Source of the DNA: an uncultured bacterium
GTDB taxonomy: Bacteria > Edwardsbacteria > AC1 > EtOH8
Direction of reading: 5' to 3'
Assembly (NCBI GenBank): GCA_963780225.1
Contig: CAWAAX010000011.1
Coordinates: 1 to 64,000 of the forward strand
Length of the DNA stretch: 64,000 bases
The position numbers and the translations under genes were made by a program. The first letter of the stretch is position 1. Each line of letters begins with the position of its first letter. The notes under the pieces were generated by a model that saw only the letters and a list, made by a program, of their open reading frames with translations, had not been told where the DNA came from and made no database searches. This document shows positions 30,305 through 40,718 of this stretch, one piece after another.

Positions 30305-32242
30305 TTATTTCTTCTCGTCGTCCACTACTTTGTAATCCGCATCCTCCGGGCCTTCGGGCTTGGCCTGCCCTGCTTCCGGTCCGGGGGCCGCCTCGGGCCC
30401 CGGTTCGCCGGCAGGCTGGCCGCCCGGCTGGGCGCCCTGGTCCTTGGCCTTGGCGTACACCGCCTCGCCGATCTTATAAGAAGCTATGTTAAGCTCCTCG
30501 GTGGCGCTCTTGATGGCCTCGATGTCCTCGCGGCCCAGGGTGTTGCGCAACCGGGCGATGCCGTCCTCTATCCGCTTGCGGTCGTCGGCCGAGATCTGGG
30601 CCCCGTACTCACGCAGCATCCGCTCGGTGTTGTACATCAGCCCGTCGGCCTTGTTGCGGGTCTCGATCTCGTCCCTCTTCTTCTGATCCTCGGCCGAGTG
30701 GGCCAAAGCATCCTTGGCCATCTTGTCGATCTCCTCCTTGCTCAATCCGGAGGAAGAGGTGATCTTGATGCTCTGGGCCTTGCCGGTTCCCAGGTCCTTG
30801 GCCGAGACGTGCAGGATGCCGTTGGCGTCGATGTCGAACGAGACCTCCACCTGGGGCACGCCCCGGGGGGCCGGCGGAATGCCCACCAGGTCAAAACGGC
30901 CCAGGGTGCGGTTGTCCGTCGCCATCTCCCGCTCGCCCTGCATCACATGGATGGACACCGCCGGCTGGTTGTCGGTGGCGGTGGAGAACACCTGGCTTTT
31001 GCGGGTGGGAATGGTGGTGTTGCGCTCTATCAGCCGGGTCATCACTCCGCCCAGGGTCTCGATGCCCAAAGAAAGCGGGGTGACGTCCAGCAGCAGCACG
31101 TCCTTGACGTCGCCCACCAGCACGCCGCCCTGGATGCCGGCGCCCAGCGCCACCACCTCGTCGGGGTTCACCCCGCGGTGGGGCTCCTTGTTGAACACCT
31201 GCTTGACAATGTCCTGGACCTTGGGCATCCGGGTCATGCCGCCCACTAAAACGACTTCGTTGATGTCGGTGACTTTCAGCCCGGCGTCCTCGATGGCCCG
31301 GCGGCAGGGTCCAATGGTCCGCTGGATCAGGTCGTCCACCAACTGCTCCAGCTTGGCCCGGGTAAGGGTCAGGTCCAGGTGCTTGGCCCCGGAGGCGTCG
31401 GCGGTGATGAACGGCAGGTTGATGTTGGTCTGCATGGTGGAGGACAGCTCGCACTTGGCCTTCTCGGCCGCCTCCTTCAGGCGCTGCAGGGCCATCTTGT
31501 CGCCCTTGAGGTCGATGCCCTGGGCCTTCTTGAATTCCTCCACCAGCCAGTCGATGACCTTCTGGTCAAAGTCGTCGCCGCCCAGGTGGGTGTCGCCGTT
31601 GGTGGAGCGGACCTCGAACACGCCCTCGCCCAGCTCCAAAATGGAAATATCGAAGGTGCCGCCGCCCAGGTCGTAGACTGCTATCTTATGGGCCTTTTCC
31701 TTGTCCATGCCGTAGGCCAGGCTGGCCGCGGTGGGCTCGTTGATGATCCGCAGCACTTCCAGACCGGCGATCTGACCGGCGTCCTTGGTGGCCTGGCGCT
31801 GGGCATCGTTGAAATAGGCCGGAACGGTAATTACCGCCTGGGTTACTTTCTCGCCTAGATAGGCCTCAGCCGATTCCTTGAGATAGCGCAGGATCTTGGC
31901 CGAGATCTCCGGCGGCGAATAGACCTTGTCGCCGATCTTCACCCGGGCATCGCCGTGCGGGCCTTCGGAGACCTGATAGGGTACCAGCTTCAGCTCGGAA
32001 TCTACTTCGTTATAACGGCGCCCCATGAAACGCTTGATGGAATAGACCGTGTTTTCGGGATTGGTGATGGCCTGGCGTTTGGCCACCATCCCCACCACCT
32101 CTTCGCCGGACTTCAAGAAACCCACCACCGAAGGCGTGGTCCTCATCCCGTCCTGATTGGGGATCACCACCGGGTTTCCGCCCTCCATCACCGCCACGCA
32201 GGAATTGGTGGTGCCCAGGTCAATGCCTATTACTTTACCCAT
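30305..32242 (-). CDS. dnaK: Chaperone DnaK (Hsp70)
   Basis: [34 protein letters not shown]. Confidence 0.98.
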   Translation of the reverse strand: MGKVIGIDLGTTNSCVAVMEGGNPVVIPNQDGMRTTPSVVGFLKSGEEVVGMVAKRQAITNPENTVYSIKRFMGRRYNEVDSELKLVPYQVSEGPHGDARVKIGDKVYSPPEISAKILRYLKESAEAYLGEKVTQAVITVPAYFNDAQRQATKDAGQIAGLEVLRIINEPTAASLAYGMDKEKAHKIAVYDLGGGTFDISILELGEGVFEVRSTNGDTHLGGDDFDQKVIDWLVEEFKKAQGIDLKGDKMALQRLKEAAEKAKCELSSTMQTNINLPFITADASGAKHLDLTLTRAKLEQLVDDLIQRTIGPCRRAIEDAGLKVTDINEVVLVGGMTRMPKVQDIVKQVFNKEPHRGVNPDEVVALGAGIQGGVLVGDVKDVLLLDVTPLSLGIETLGGVMTRLIERNTTIPTRKSQVFSTATDNQPAVSIHVMQGEREMATDNRTLGRFDLVGIPPAPRGVPQVEVSFDIDANGILHVSAKDLGTGKAQSIKITSSSGLSKEEIDKMAKDALAHSAEDQKKRDEIETRNKADGLMYNTERMLREYGAQISADDRKRIEDGIARLRNTLGREDIEAIKSATEELNIASYKIGEAVYAKAKDQGAQPGGQPAGEPGPEAAPGPEAGQAKPEGPEDADYKVVDDEKK

Positions 32243-32440
32243 TTTGTCTCCGTCTCCTTTTTATTTCTAAACTGCTTTGTTTTTAAATTATTGTAACTGT
32301 TCGGGCCTTGATTGTAAAGGATGCGTCTGTCAGCTTCTTAGGATTAAGTTACCCTTCAGACTATCAACTCAACCCGCCGGACTTCGGCAGGACTTCGGCA
32401 TACTCAGCCTAACAGCTCCATCGGGCCGCTCAGGGTAAGC

Positions 32441-32629
32441 ATTGCCACGACCTTCAGGTCGTGGGAGGCAATCTAATGAAACCCGATGGGCTTTAGCCCC
32501 AAAGAGAAAATGAATGAGATTACTAAGCCTGTATATTAATTCATCATTTCCGCCGCAGGCGGACAAGCGGGGTTGAAACCCCAAGAGAATTTTCTTATCC
32601 TTCAACCACGAGCTAAAGCTCGTGGCAAT
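32441..32629. repeat. REPIN/MITE-like element with palindromic terminal inverted repeats
   Basis: ATTGCCACGACCTTCAGGTCGTGG ... CCACGAGCTAAAGCTCGTGGCAAT; inner GGGCTTTAGCCC and GGGGTTGAAACCCC. Confidence 0.7.
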
Positions 32630-32663
32630 GGGGTTGTTATTCCTGTCCGGTTCCTGTCCCTGC

Positions 32664-33248
32664 TCACTGCTCGTCATTCTGGCCGTTTGGCGGATCGGTC
32701 TCGGGTTCTGCGTTTCCGGCCGGAAGCTTGGAAACAGTCACCCGGGCCGGTCTTATGATCTTATCCCGGAACAAAAATCCCTTCTCCACCTCGTTAATCA
32801 CGGTATCGGGCGGATGATCCCGGCTTTCCACCGCCAGTATCGCCTCGTGCTTGTTGGGATCAAAGGGCTGGCCCTCGCTCTTCAGCACCAACAGCCCCTC
32901 GGCCTCCAATATCTTGTGGATCTGTTGGTCTATCATCTGGATGCCAAGATGAAATGATTTGAAGCCCTCGTTCCGGTCGCATAACTCTTTGGATGAGGTC
33001 AGGGCCCGGTCCAGATTGTCCAGCACCGGCAGGACCTTGGCCACCAGGTTGCGGTTGGCATCGCCCTCCTTCTCCAGATATTCCTTGGCGGTGCGCTTGC
33101 GGTAATTGTCCAGGTCGGCCATGGCCCTCAAATACTTGTCAAAGTTCTCGTCGGCCATCTGGCGGTACAGGTTGGATTGTCCCGTCAGCTCCTTTAAGCG
33201 TCCTCTGAGCTTGCGGTACATTTTCATTCCCTTGTTTTCCTCGGTCAC
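32664..33248 (-). CDS. grpE: Nucleotide exchange factor GrpE
   Basis: ADLDNYRKR; LPVLDNLDRA; FDPNKHEAI; IRPARVTV. Confidence 0.95.
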   Translation of the reverse strand: MTEENKGMKMYRKLRGRLKELTGQSNLYRQMADENFDKYLRAMADLDNYRKRTAKEYLEKEGDANRNLVAKVLPVLDNLDRALTSSKELCDRNEGFKSFHLGIQMIDQQIHKILEAEGLLVLKSEGQPFDPNKHEAILAVESRDHPPDTVINEVEKGFLFRDKIIRPARVTVSKLPAGNAEPETDPPNGQNDEQ

Positions 33249-33281
33249 TAAACGTCTCCTAAGTTAAAAAGGAAATCTGCT

Positions 33282-33554
33282 GGATTTTTTTATAAGGAAA
33301 CCAGGAAGGCAGGAATTATTCATGGGTTCCTGGGCTTCATGCCTGTCCGCCATAGCAATGCGAAGTCGGGGGTTCCTAAGAAATCCCTGGAGTTTTTTAT
33401 AAGGAAACCAGGAAGGCAGGAATTATTCATGGGTTTCTGGGCTTCATGCCTGTCCACCATAGCAATGCGGAGGCGGGGGTTCCTAAGAAAGCCCTGGAGT
33501 TTTTATAAGGAAACCAAGAAAGCAGGAATTATTCATGGGTTCCTAAGAAAGTCC
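33282..33554. repeat. Tandem repeat with a 107-bp period, about 2.5 copies
   Basis: Units start at 33282, 33389 and 33496; the third lacks the internal REP-like segment. Confidence 0.9.
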
Positions 33555-33580
33555 CGGTTAATGCCTTTGGGCGACCAATA

Positions 33581-33609
33581 AATATAATCATTTATTAAGA
33601 TTTTGTCAA
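33581..33609 (-). promoter_or_regulatory. Sigma70-type promoter for grpE-dnaK
   Basis: TTGACA-17-TATATT on the minus strand. Confidence 0.6.
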
Positions 33610-33646
33610 GCAATAATAAAACCAGTCCTATGTCTTACCTGCTGGA

Positions 33647-35350
33647 TCAGATTTGAGCCGCGGTCAGCTCCTGCAGTTTGTGTTTGATCTCCTCGGGCCG
33701 GACCTTGGTCACTTGGCCGTCCTTGCGTTGGCGGATCTCCACCATTCCCTCCCGCAGGCCCTTTTCCCCCACGTTGATCCGGACCGGGATGCCGGTCAGG
33801 TCGGCGTCCTTGAACTTAAAGCCGGGGCGCTCCGGGCGGTCGTCCAACAGCACGTCGAAGCCGGCCTGGATCAGGTCGTCGTGGATCTTCAATGCCAACT
33901 GTCCGGCTTCGCTGGCCGGATCGCCCAGCAGGGTGATCAGCACCTGGTAGGGGGCCACCGCCGCCGGCCAGATGATCCCGTCCTTGTCGTGGCTCTGTTC
34001 GATGATGCAGGCCCCGATCCGGTCGATCCCGATGCCGTAGCTGCCCATCACCAGCGGTTTCTGGGTGCCGTCCTCGTCGGTGAAGTTGGCGTTGAGGGCC
34101 TGGGAATATTTGAGGCCCAGCTTGAAGATGTGCCCCAGCTCAATGGCCTGGGTCAGTCCCATGGGTTTGCCGCACTCGGGGCAGGGCTCGCCGTTCTTGA
34201 TGGTCCTGATGTCGGCGTACTCGTCGACTTTCAGGTCCCGGTTGACGCTGATGCCCTGGTAGTGGAAGTGGTCCTTGCAGGCCCCGGAGACCAGCCCGGT
34301 GGCGTCTTTTAAAAGATGGTCGGCGATGATCCTGACGCCTTTGACTCCCACCGGCGAGATGAATCCCACGTTGGCCCCGGTGTGCTTAAGCACCTCCTCC
34401 GGGGTGGCCGGCCGGAAGGTGGCGGTGCCGATGGCCTTCTGCAGTTTGTCCTCGTTGGCCTCGTCGTCGCCGCGGACTAATATGAACACTGGCTTGCCGT
34501 CGGCCATGTACAGCAGGCTTTTCATCAGCTGGGAGGCGGGAACCTTCAGGAACTGGGAAACTTCCTCCACTGTCCTCTTTTCCGGAGTTGAGACCTCCAG
34601 CAGCGGCAGGTCCTGGTACTTCGGAGCCTGGAGCTTGGAGGAAGCGATCTGGATGTTGGCGGCGTAGCCGCAGGCCTCGCAGACCGCGCAGGTGTCCTCG
34701 CCCGAGGGCGAGGGGACCATGAACTCCTGGGAGCCGCTGCCGCCCATCAATCCGGAGGAGGCGCCCACGATGAAGTATTTTAAGCCGCAGCGGGAGAAGA
34801 TCCTCTTATAGGCCTCGCGCATGGCCAGGTACGACTGGTCCAGCCCGTTTTGGTCCCGGTCCATGCTGTAGGCGTCCTTCATGGTGAAGTGCCGCACCCG
34901 GATCACCCCGGCCCGGGGCCGGGGCTCGTCCCGGAATTTAACCTGCATCTGGTACCAGTTCTGGGGCAGGTCGCGGTAGCTGAAGCGCTGGGCCCGGGCC
35001 AGGTCGGTGATCACCTCCTCGTGGGTGGGGCACAGGGCGTATTCCCGCTTCTTGCGGTCCTTTAAGCGGAACATCTCGTCGCCAAAGCTTTCCCAGCGGC
35101 CGCTCTCCTGCCAGATCTCGGCCGGACACAATGCAGGAAGATAGATCTCCTGGGCGCCCGCCCTGTCCATCTCTTCGCGCACGATCTTCATCACCTTCAG
35201 CATCACCTTCCAGCCCAGCGGCAGGTATTCGTAGACCCCGGCGGTCAGCTGCCGGACCATGCCGGCCCGCAGCATAAGCTGGTGGCTGATCATCTCGGCC
35301 TCGGCCGGGACTTCTTTTAACGTGGGTATGAACGCTTTACTCCAGAGCAA
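33647..35350 (-). CDS. proS: Proline--tRNA ligase (bacterial type with editing domain)
   Basis: SHQLMLRAG; PTHEE; KFRDEPRPR; ELGHIFKLG; MGSYGIG. Confidence 0.97.
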   Translation of the reverse strand: MLWSKAFIPTLKEVPAEAEMISHQLMLRAGMVRQLTAGVYEYLPLGWKVMLKVMKIVREEMDRAGAQEIYLPALCPAEIWQESGRWESFGDEMFRLKDRKKREYALCPTHEEVITDLARAQRFSYRDLPQNWYQMQVKFRDEPRPRAGVIRVRHFTMKDAYSMDRDQNGLDQSYLAMREAYKRIFSRCGLKYFIVGASSGLMGGSGSQEFMVPSPSGEDTCAVCEACGYAANIQIASSKLQAPKYQDLPLLEVSTPEKRTVEEVSQFLKVPASQLMKSLLYMADGKPVFILVRGDDEANEDKLQKAIGTATFRPATPEEVLKHTGANVGFISPVGVKGVRIIADHLLKDATGLVSGACKDHFHYQGISVNRDLKVDEYADIRTIKNGEPCPECGKPMGLTQAIELGHIFKLGLKYSQALNANFTDEDGTQKPLVMGSYGIGIDRIGACIIEQSHDKDGIIWPAAVAPYQVLITLLGDPASEAGQLALKIHDDLIQAGFDVLLDDRPERPGFKFKDADLTGIPVRINVGEKGLREGMVEIRQRKDGQVTKVRPEEIKHKLQELTAAQI

Positions 35351-35440
35351 TTAAGTAGCCTCCTAAAATATTCTATTTACAATTTACAATTTGCATTCCA
35401 TTCGGTTGTCTGCCAAGTATGCTTTTCTCAGGACATGTTT

Positions 35441-35923
35441 TCATTTTGAATTAGTATCCAGTATCTTCTTGATCAGCCCGCTGGTGGACTTCCCCGGTGT
35501 CAGCTCTATGGGCAATACTTTACCCCCGTTCTTCAAGACGACATCTGCCCCCACGATCTGCTCGACAGAATAATCCGCGCCTTTTACCAGTATGTCGGGG
35601 ATCAATGCTTCGATAAGTTTTTGCGGGGTGTCCTGGTCGAACAGCACGATGTGGTCCACGCAGGACAGGGCGGAAAGAACCACGGCCCGGTCCTCCTGGC
35701 TGCACAGCGGCCGCTGGGGGCCTTTGATGCGCCGGACCGAGGAGTCGGAGTTCAGGCCGATGATCAGCAGGTCTCCCAGCGCCTTAGCTTTCTCCAGATA
35801 CTCCACGTGCCCCCGGTGCAGGATGTCAAACACGCCGTTGGTAAAGACGACCTTCCTGCCCGCGGCCTTGGCCTGCCGGCGGAGGGTTTTGGCCTGTTCT
35901 GTTGTAACTAACTTATCAATCAT
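35441..35923 (-). CDS. rfaE2: ADP-heptose synthase, adenylyltransferase domain
   Basis: FTNGVFDILHRGH; GLNSDSSV..IKG..RP; KGADY; STS. Confidence 0.92.
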   Translation of the reverse strand: MIDKLVTTEQAKTLRRQAKAAGRKVVFTNGVFDILHRGHVEYLEKAKALGDLLIIGLNSDSSVRRIKGPQRPLCSQEDRAVVLSALSCVDHIVLFDQDTPQKLIEALIPDILVKGADYSVEQIVGADVVLKNGGKVLPIELTPGKSTSGLIKKILDTNSK

Positions 35924-35994
35924 GTGCGCTTTATCCTTCCCCGTCATCGCGAGACGGCGCTGTGCTTTGCAAACGAAGCGATCTAACTGTATAT

Positions 35995-36759
35995 TTATGG
36001 CAGCACTTTCACCTTTACCGGCTTGCTCTCCCATTCAATGAAACCACGGCATTTGATGGTTCGATCAGCTATGCTTTCCGCCAGGCCAATTTTTGTCTTC
36101 AGCGTTGCCACAGTGTAAAACGATCTGGCCCAAGCGGCCAGCTTCGGGTCGATCTCTTTTATTGTTTGCAAAAGGTCCTTATCCCGGGGTTCATACCTTC
36201 CCGCCAGCATCACTGCCATTAACAGCATCTGTTTGACTGCATTGGATAGGATCATGCAAGCCGTGGCTGGATCCTTCTGGGTTATGTCCAAGGCATCTTC
36301 ATATAACGACCCGGAAAAATATCGTTCATGCACGATGTCCAGCTTGTCCGGCTTCTTTGGTCCTTTTTTCAGGATCTGTTTGGCCTTGGTTGTCAGTTTC
36401 GGCAGCAACGGCTCATTGTCCAGCAACACAAAACCGGTGGAGATCATGTGGGCGGTTATGGGACGCCGCATCTCCCTTTGAGACATGAGATGTTTGATGG
36501 CCGTAGCCGGAGTGTTGACAAAGATCTCTGCCGGCACTCCGTTGAAACGCTTCTGCACCCGTTGCATGAACGGCTTCCGGTGGATGACATACAGATCCAG
36601 GTCGCTGTTGGCGTGCGGCTTCCCGCGGATTATGGTGCCGGAGGCGATGATGGCTGTCGGCTTGAATCTTTTTTGAATGTAACTCACCGCCAGGCGCAAC
36701 GCCCGGTCGTATCGGGAAGGCAGCGACGGCCAGGGTGGGGCTGTGGTCTGTCTTTTCAC
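35995..36759 (-). CDS. Nucleotidyltransferase (Pol-beta-like) with a helical C-terminal domain
   Basis: SGTIIRG....SDLDL motif. Confidence 0.7.
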   Translation of the reverse strand: MKRQTTAPPWPSLPSRYDRALRLAVSYIQKRFKPTAIIASGTIIRGKPHANSDLDLYVIHRKPFMQRVQKRFNGVPAEIFVNTPATAIKHLMSQREMRRPITAHMISTGFVLLDNEPLLPKLTTKAKQILKKGPKKPDKLDIVHERYFSGSLYEDALDITQKDPATACMILSNAVKQMLLMAVMLAGRYEPRDKDLLQTIKEIDPKLAAWARSFYTVATLKTKIGLAESIADRTIKCRGFIEWESKPVKVKVLP

Positions 36760-36840
36760 TGGTTTTACTTGTTGAATCGATAATATCTGCGTTTATCGTT
36801 CGACTGAGCCTGCCGAAGTCAGCGTCCGATAAAATACTTT

Positions 36841-37401
36841 TTACCCTATATACCTCACCGCATCCTCTTTTCTGGGTGCGGCCTGCGGCGGCTCTCCGTC
36901 CGGGTAGCCCAGCGCCACGGCATACAGCGGCTTATAACCTTCCGGTACCTTAAGCTCCCGGGCGAACTTTTCCCCCTCCGGACTCTCCAACAACTGGGCT
37001 ATGATCCCTATCCAACAAGAGCCGATGCCCAGCGAGTGCGCGGCCAGCAGCATGTTCTGGGTGGCGGCGGCGCAGTCGGTCTGGTGGAACTTCGCCTCCT
37101 TGTTCCCCGAGACCACCACCATGGCCGGGGCCCGGTAAAAGGCCTGCCAGTTGGGGTCCTTCAGCCGCTCTTTTATCCGCGGGCTGTCGATGTCCTTATA
37201 CAGGTCCCGCACCTGAACGCTCATCCGGTCCAGCAGTTCCTTGTTTTGGATCACGGTAAAGTGCCAGCTCTGCCCGTTCATGGCGCTGGGGGCATAGCGC
37301 CCGGCCTCGATGATGGCTGCCAGGTCGGCTTCCTTGAGCTGGTCCGGCTTGAACTGGCGGATGCTGCGCCGGGATTTTATAGTCTCGAGCACTTGGTTCA
37401 T
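36841..37401 (-). CDS. Nitroreductase family protein
   Basis: RRSIRQF; APSAMNGQSWHF; QNMLLAAHSLGIGSCW. Confidence 0.92.
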   Translation of the reverse strand: MNQVLETIKSRRSIRQFKPDQLKEADLAAIIEAGRYAPSAMNGQSWHFTVIQNKELLDRMSVQVRDLYKDIDSPRIKERLKDPNWQAFYRAPAMVVVSGNKEAKFHQTDCAAATQNMLLAAHSLGIGSCWIGIIAQLLESPEGEKFARELKVPEGYKPLYAVALGYPDGEPPQAAPRKEDAVRYIG

Positions 37402-37469
37402 TTTTCTCGCCCCTTTTGGGATTCTTAATCACCTTTGACCGGCTTGTATATTCTTAAACCATTACAAAA

Positions 37470-38318
37470 CTACTGATACACTTCAAACTTTATATCGTTC
37501 TTCCCACTGTCTTTGACCGTATACATAAGGTTGTCGGCTTTTTTGATCATTTCGTCCACGCTGTCGGGAATTTTTTTGAAAAGCACCAGGCCCATGCTGA
37601 AACTTACCGGCCACTTCCGCTCTGTAACCTCATTCATAAAATGCTCTCTCATCCTTTTCATGACGGTCAGGCTCGAATCCTCGGTTGCCCCGGGCAGCAG
37701 CACTGCAAACTCATCACCACCCAGCCGGGCCATCATGTCACCATCCCTCAGGTTCTTCTTGATCGTCTGAGCCGCCAATTTTAGCAACTGGTCGCCCACG
37801 CTGTGCCCGAAAGTGTCGTTGATGGCTTTGAAATTGTCAAGATCGATATAGGCCAGAGCTATGGTCTGGCCGCCGGCTTTGGCCGCAGCCAGCGCCGACC
37901 CGGCTGTCTCCATGAAATTCCGGCTATTGGCCGCGCCGGTTAAAAAATCCTGGCGGGCGTAATTCTTTTCATTATCCAGAACCTTGCGCAACCCTGCCAA
38001 AGCATAGGTAACGACCACAAAGGTCAAAAGCCTTACCAGCATATTCCAGTAAGGGACCACCGGATTGGAGTATATATGCCCCGCCGCCAGATCGGCCCCC
38101 AGCCAGGTCAGACTGCTTAACACCGAAACAAACAGCCCCCAGCCTGAACCTACGCACCAGGCCGCCAGGGCGATGGGTAACAGATAGAAGCTGGAAAAAG
38201 CCCATTCCGGACCGGTGAGATAATCAACTGCGCCCAGCCCGACCACCAAAAATATCCCGGCTGCAATTTTTGTCTTTTTCCCCTGCCTTTGGAAAGCTGC
38301 TAAAAAGCTTTGCATCAT
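37470..38318 (-). CDS. Membrane-bound diguanylate cyclase
   Basis: Four N-terminal TM segments; DFLTG; DLDNFKAINDTFGH; RLGGDEF. Confidence 0.92.
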   Translation of the reverse strand: MMQSFLAAFQRQGKKTKIAAGIFLVVGLGAVDYLTGPEWAFSSFYLLPIALAAWCVGSGWGLFVSVLSSLTWLGADLAAGHIYSNPVVPYWNMLVRLLTFVVVTYALAGLRKVLDNEKNYARQDFLTGAANSRNFMETAGSALAAAKAGGQTIALAYIDLDNFKAINDTFGHSVGDQLLKLAAQTIKKNLRDGDMMARLGGDEFAVLLPGATEDSSLTVMKRMREHFMNEVTERKWPVSFSMGLVLFKKIPDSVDEMIKKADNLMYTVKDSGKNDIKFEVYQ

Positions 38319-38321
38319 TTC

Positions 38322-39410
38322 CTAATCCACGCTGATCAGGTTGTACTTCCGCCGGCCCATCCCCAGCTTCTCGGCATATTCTATCTGGCTGTTGCCGCTG
38401 CGGCCAATCTCCTTGAGGAAGGCATCTTTGCATTTATGCGCCTTGTTCACCAGGTCCAGGCTGGCCTGCTCTATGGCCACGATGTCGGTGGAAGCCAGGA
38501 TGCCGATGTCCTTTACAAAGGGCTTGCGGGCCCGGGCCGCGCAGTCGCAGTCCGGCGAGATGTTCACCAGCACGTTGATGTATATAAGATGATTGCTGTC
38601 GGAAAGCACCTTGGCGTATTCCACCAGCCTTTTGTTGAACAGCTCCGGGCTGACCCGGCTTTTATCGGTCTCGAAGACCTTGGCCGGGCAGACCTGCTGG
38701 CACTGCCCGCAGCCGATGCACTTGCGGGGGTCGATCTTGACCGGGTTCAGGGTGATGGCCCCGGCCGGGCACTGCTTGGCGCAGGCCCCGCAGTTGATGC
38801 ATTTGGAGGCATCGTAACCCGGAACGTAGTTGGCGTGCATGGCCAGCTTGCCGGCCCGGGCGGCCAGGCCCATGGCCACATTTTTGATGGCCCCGCCGAA
38901 ACCGGCCAGCCCGTGGCCCTTGAAATGGGTCAGCATCACGATGGTGTTATAGCGGGAAATATGGCTTCCGGTGATCACCCGGGTGTAGCAGCCGGTGCTG
39001 CAGGCGTAGGCCTTGTCGCCTTCGGAATCCAGGATGTCTATCGGCGCAAAGTCAAAGCCGTGTTCTTTGGCCAGTTTGAGATGCGACTCCGTCTTCTGCC
39101 GCGGGCCGGAGTACAGCACGTTGGTCTCGACCAAAGTGGCGCCCAGGGCCTTCACCAGAGGCTCCACCAGTTCCGGGCTAAGATAATTCTTGTTTCCCTC
39201 TTCGCCGAAATGGGTCTTGACCGCCACCTTGCCTTTGACATTGGAGCGTATCTTTTCAAATACCTTCAGCACTCCCTGGCCCGAGATGTCACTGGTGTAA
39301 TAGACCTTCGATGGCGCGGCTTTAACCTCGGTCTTGTTCTTAGCAAATACCGGGAAAACAAAACCAAGGATTGTTAACAGAACAACGATATTATTTCTAA
39401 GAACCATCAT
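38322..39410 (-). CDS. DUF362 / 2x[4Fe-4S] protein with an N-terminal signal-like peptide
   Basis: KTHFGE; HFKGH..AGFGGAIKN; two CxxCxxCxxxCP motifs; CDC. Confidence 0.85.
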   Translation of the reverse strand: MMVLRNNIVVLLTILGFVFPVFAKNKTEVKAAPSKVYYTSDISGQGVLKVFEKIRSNVKGKVAVKTHFGEEGNKNYLSPELVEPLVKALGATLVETNVLYSGPRQKTESHLKLAKEHGFDFAPIDILDSEGDKAYACSTGCYTRVITGSHISRYNTIVMLTHFKGHGLAGFGGAIKNVAMGLAARAGKLAMHANYVPGYDASKCINCGACAKQCPAGAITLNPVKIDPRKCIGCGQCQQVCPAKVFETDKSRVSPELFNKRLVEYAKVLSDSNHLIYINVLVNISPDCDCAARARKPFVKDIGILASTDIVAIEQASLDLVNKAHKCKDAFLKEIGRSGNSQIEYAEKLGMGRRKYNLISVD

Positions 39411-39458
39411 ACTGTTATCATTTTAACCATTTCAAACGTTTCTAACGTTTCCAACATT

Positions 39459-40533
39459 TCAAACTGTTTTTTCGGTTACCCTTCCCACCGGCGCCACGTA
39501 GACCACGAACTCGTCCCTGCCGTCCAGCTGGCACAGCTTGTCGAACAGCTTCTGGTTATACGCCCCTATGGCGCAGGTCCCGCAGTTTATGGACTCGCAG
39601 GCCAGGTACAGGTTCTGGCAGAGATGGCCCGAGTCTTGCAAAATGATCTTCTTGGCCTCCAGCGAATAGCGCCATTCCGTCTTGTAGGGCACCGCGCTCC
39701 AGATGAAGGTCACCGCGCAGTTGCCCAACGAATGTCTGTCCCAGGGACGCCTTGGTCAGTTTTTTGGGCATGGACGGAACGGTGAAAAGTTTCACCAGCT
39801 TGTGATCCACCGGCTGGTAGCGGTACATTCCCTTTTTCAAACCTTTGACATTGTTGACGGCCAGGTATGTCTCAAACGGATGCATGCATCCGCCGGAGGG
39901 AACTGTGCGAAGGCCGACCTTGCCGTTGGCCATCAGCTTTTTTATCCCCTGGGTGGCCCATAAAAGATATGACAGTTCCTCCAAGGTCAGCGGATCGTCG
40001 CTGTACTCGCGGCGGCTCTTGCGGTCGCCGATGCAGTCGAAGATGTCTGATTTCTTTATGACCGTCTTGTCCGGCTTGGGCAGTTCAATGACCTCGGCGT
40101 CCTTGGGGCATTCCTTCTGCAGCGGCCCGCGCTCCAGCCCCTTGGTCTGGTCCGAGATCACCTTCACCAGCTTGATGAACCCGGCCTTCATCGTCTCGCG
40201 AAACTTCAGGGTCTGCTTCCTGGCCTTGACGGTGTTCTTCTCCAGCTTCTCCATCGTGGCCCCGATGCCCGCCATCATTTTGGAAATCTCTGCCAGGGCT
40301 TTTTCATCCTTCTGGGGGCTGATAGTGATTTCGCCCTTGGCCTGCTCCTTGATAAAACCGTCCCAGCCCTGGGGCAGGCTTTGGTAGAACTCTTCCAGCA
40401 AGGGTTCTCCGGCTTTTTGCAGCATTTTGCAGAAGGCCTCTTTAAGCCCCTTTTCGCTTTCCATGATGTCGCCCACCAATATCTTTCGTTCGGCATCTTT
40501 GAGGGCGATGATCTTTTTGATGATCTCTGACAT
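39459..40533 (-). pseudogene. SagB/ThcOx-type nitroreductase, frameshifted at about 39724-39728
   Basis: LLWATQG and RTVPSGG..HPFETY in one frame; EWRY, DSGHLCQNLYL and CAIGAY in another. Confidence 0.8.
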
Positions 40534-40566
40534 ATTTCACCTGCTGGTTTTAATAATTTACCGTTA

Positions 40567-40684
40567 CTATACACGACGCCATGTGCCTTGTGCGTTTTGT
40601 CATTCCGGGCTTGACCCGGAATCCATATTTTTACTGGATTCCCGTTACCCGATCACTGTCGGGTGCAAGTTTTGCGGGAATGAC
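40567..40684. repeat. Family D palindromic element, copy 2, with a different internal insert
   Basis: GTCATTCCGGGCTTGACCCGGAATCC...GGATTCCCG[insert]GCGGGAATGAC. Confidence 0.8.
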
Positions 40685-40718
40685 TGGTTGTCATGAGGTT
40701 TACTCCGTTATGGATATT

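Noticed and set aside
30281..31858. Long plus-strand ORFs antisense to dnaK, and similar ones opposite DUF1846, mutS2, dnaJ, DUF362 and metG
   Set aside because: Shadow frames caused by high third-position GC; they lie opposite well-supported genes and show no family motifs.
33282..33554. Possible CRISPR array
   Set aside because: Whole units are repeated with no unique spacers, the period is 107 bp, and no cas genes are present.
33249..33646. CIRCE operator or hrcA upstream of grpE
   Set aside because: No TTAGCACTC-N9-GAGTGCTAA match and no ORF of suitable size.
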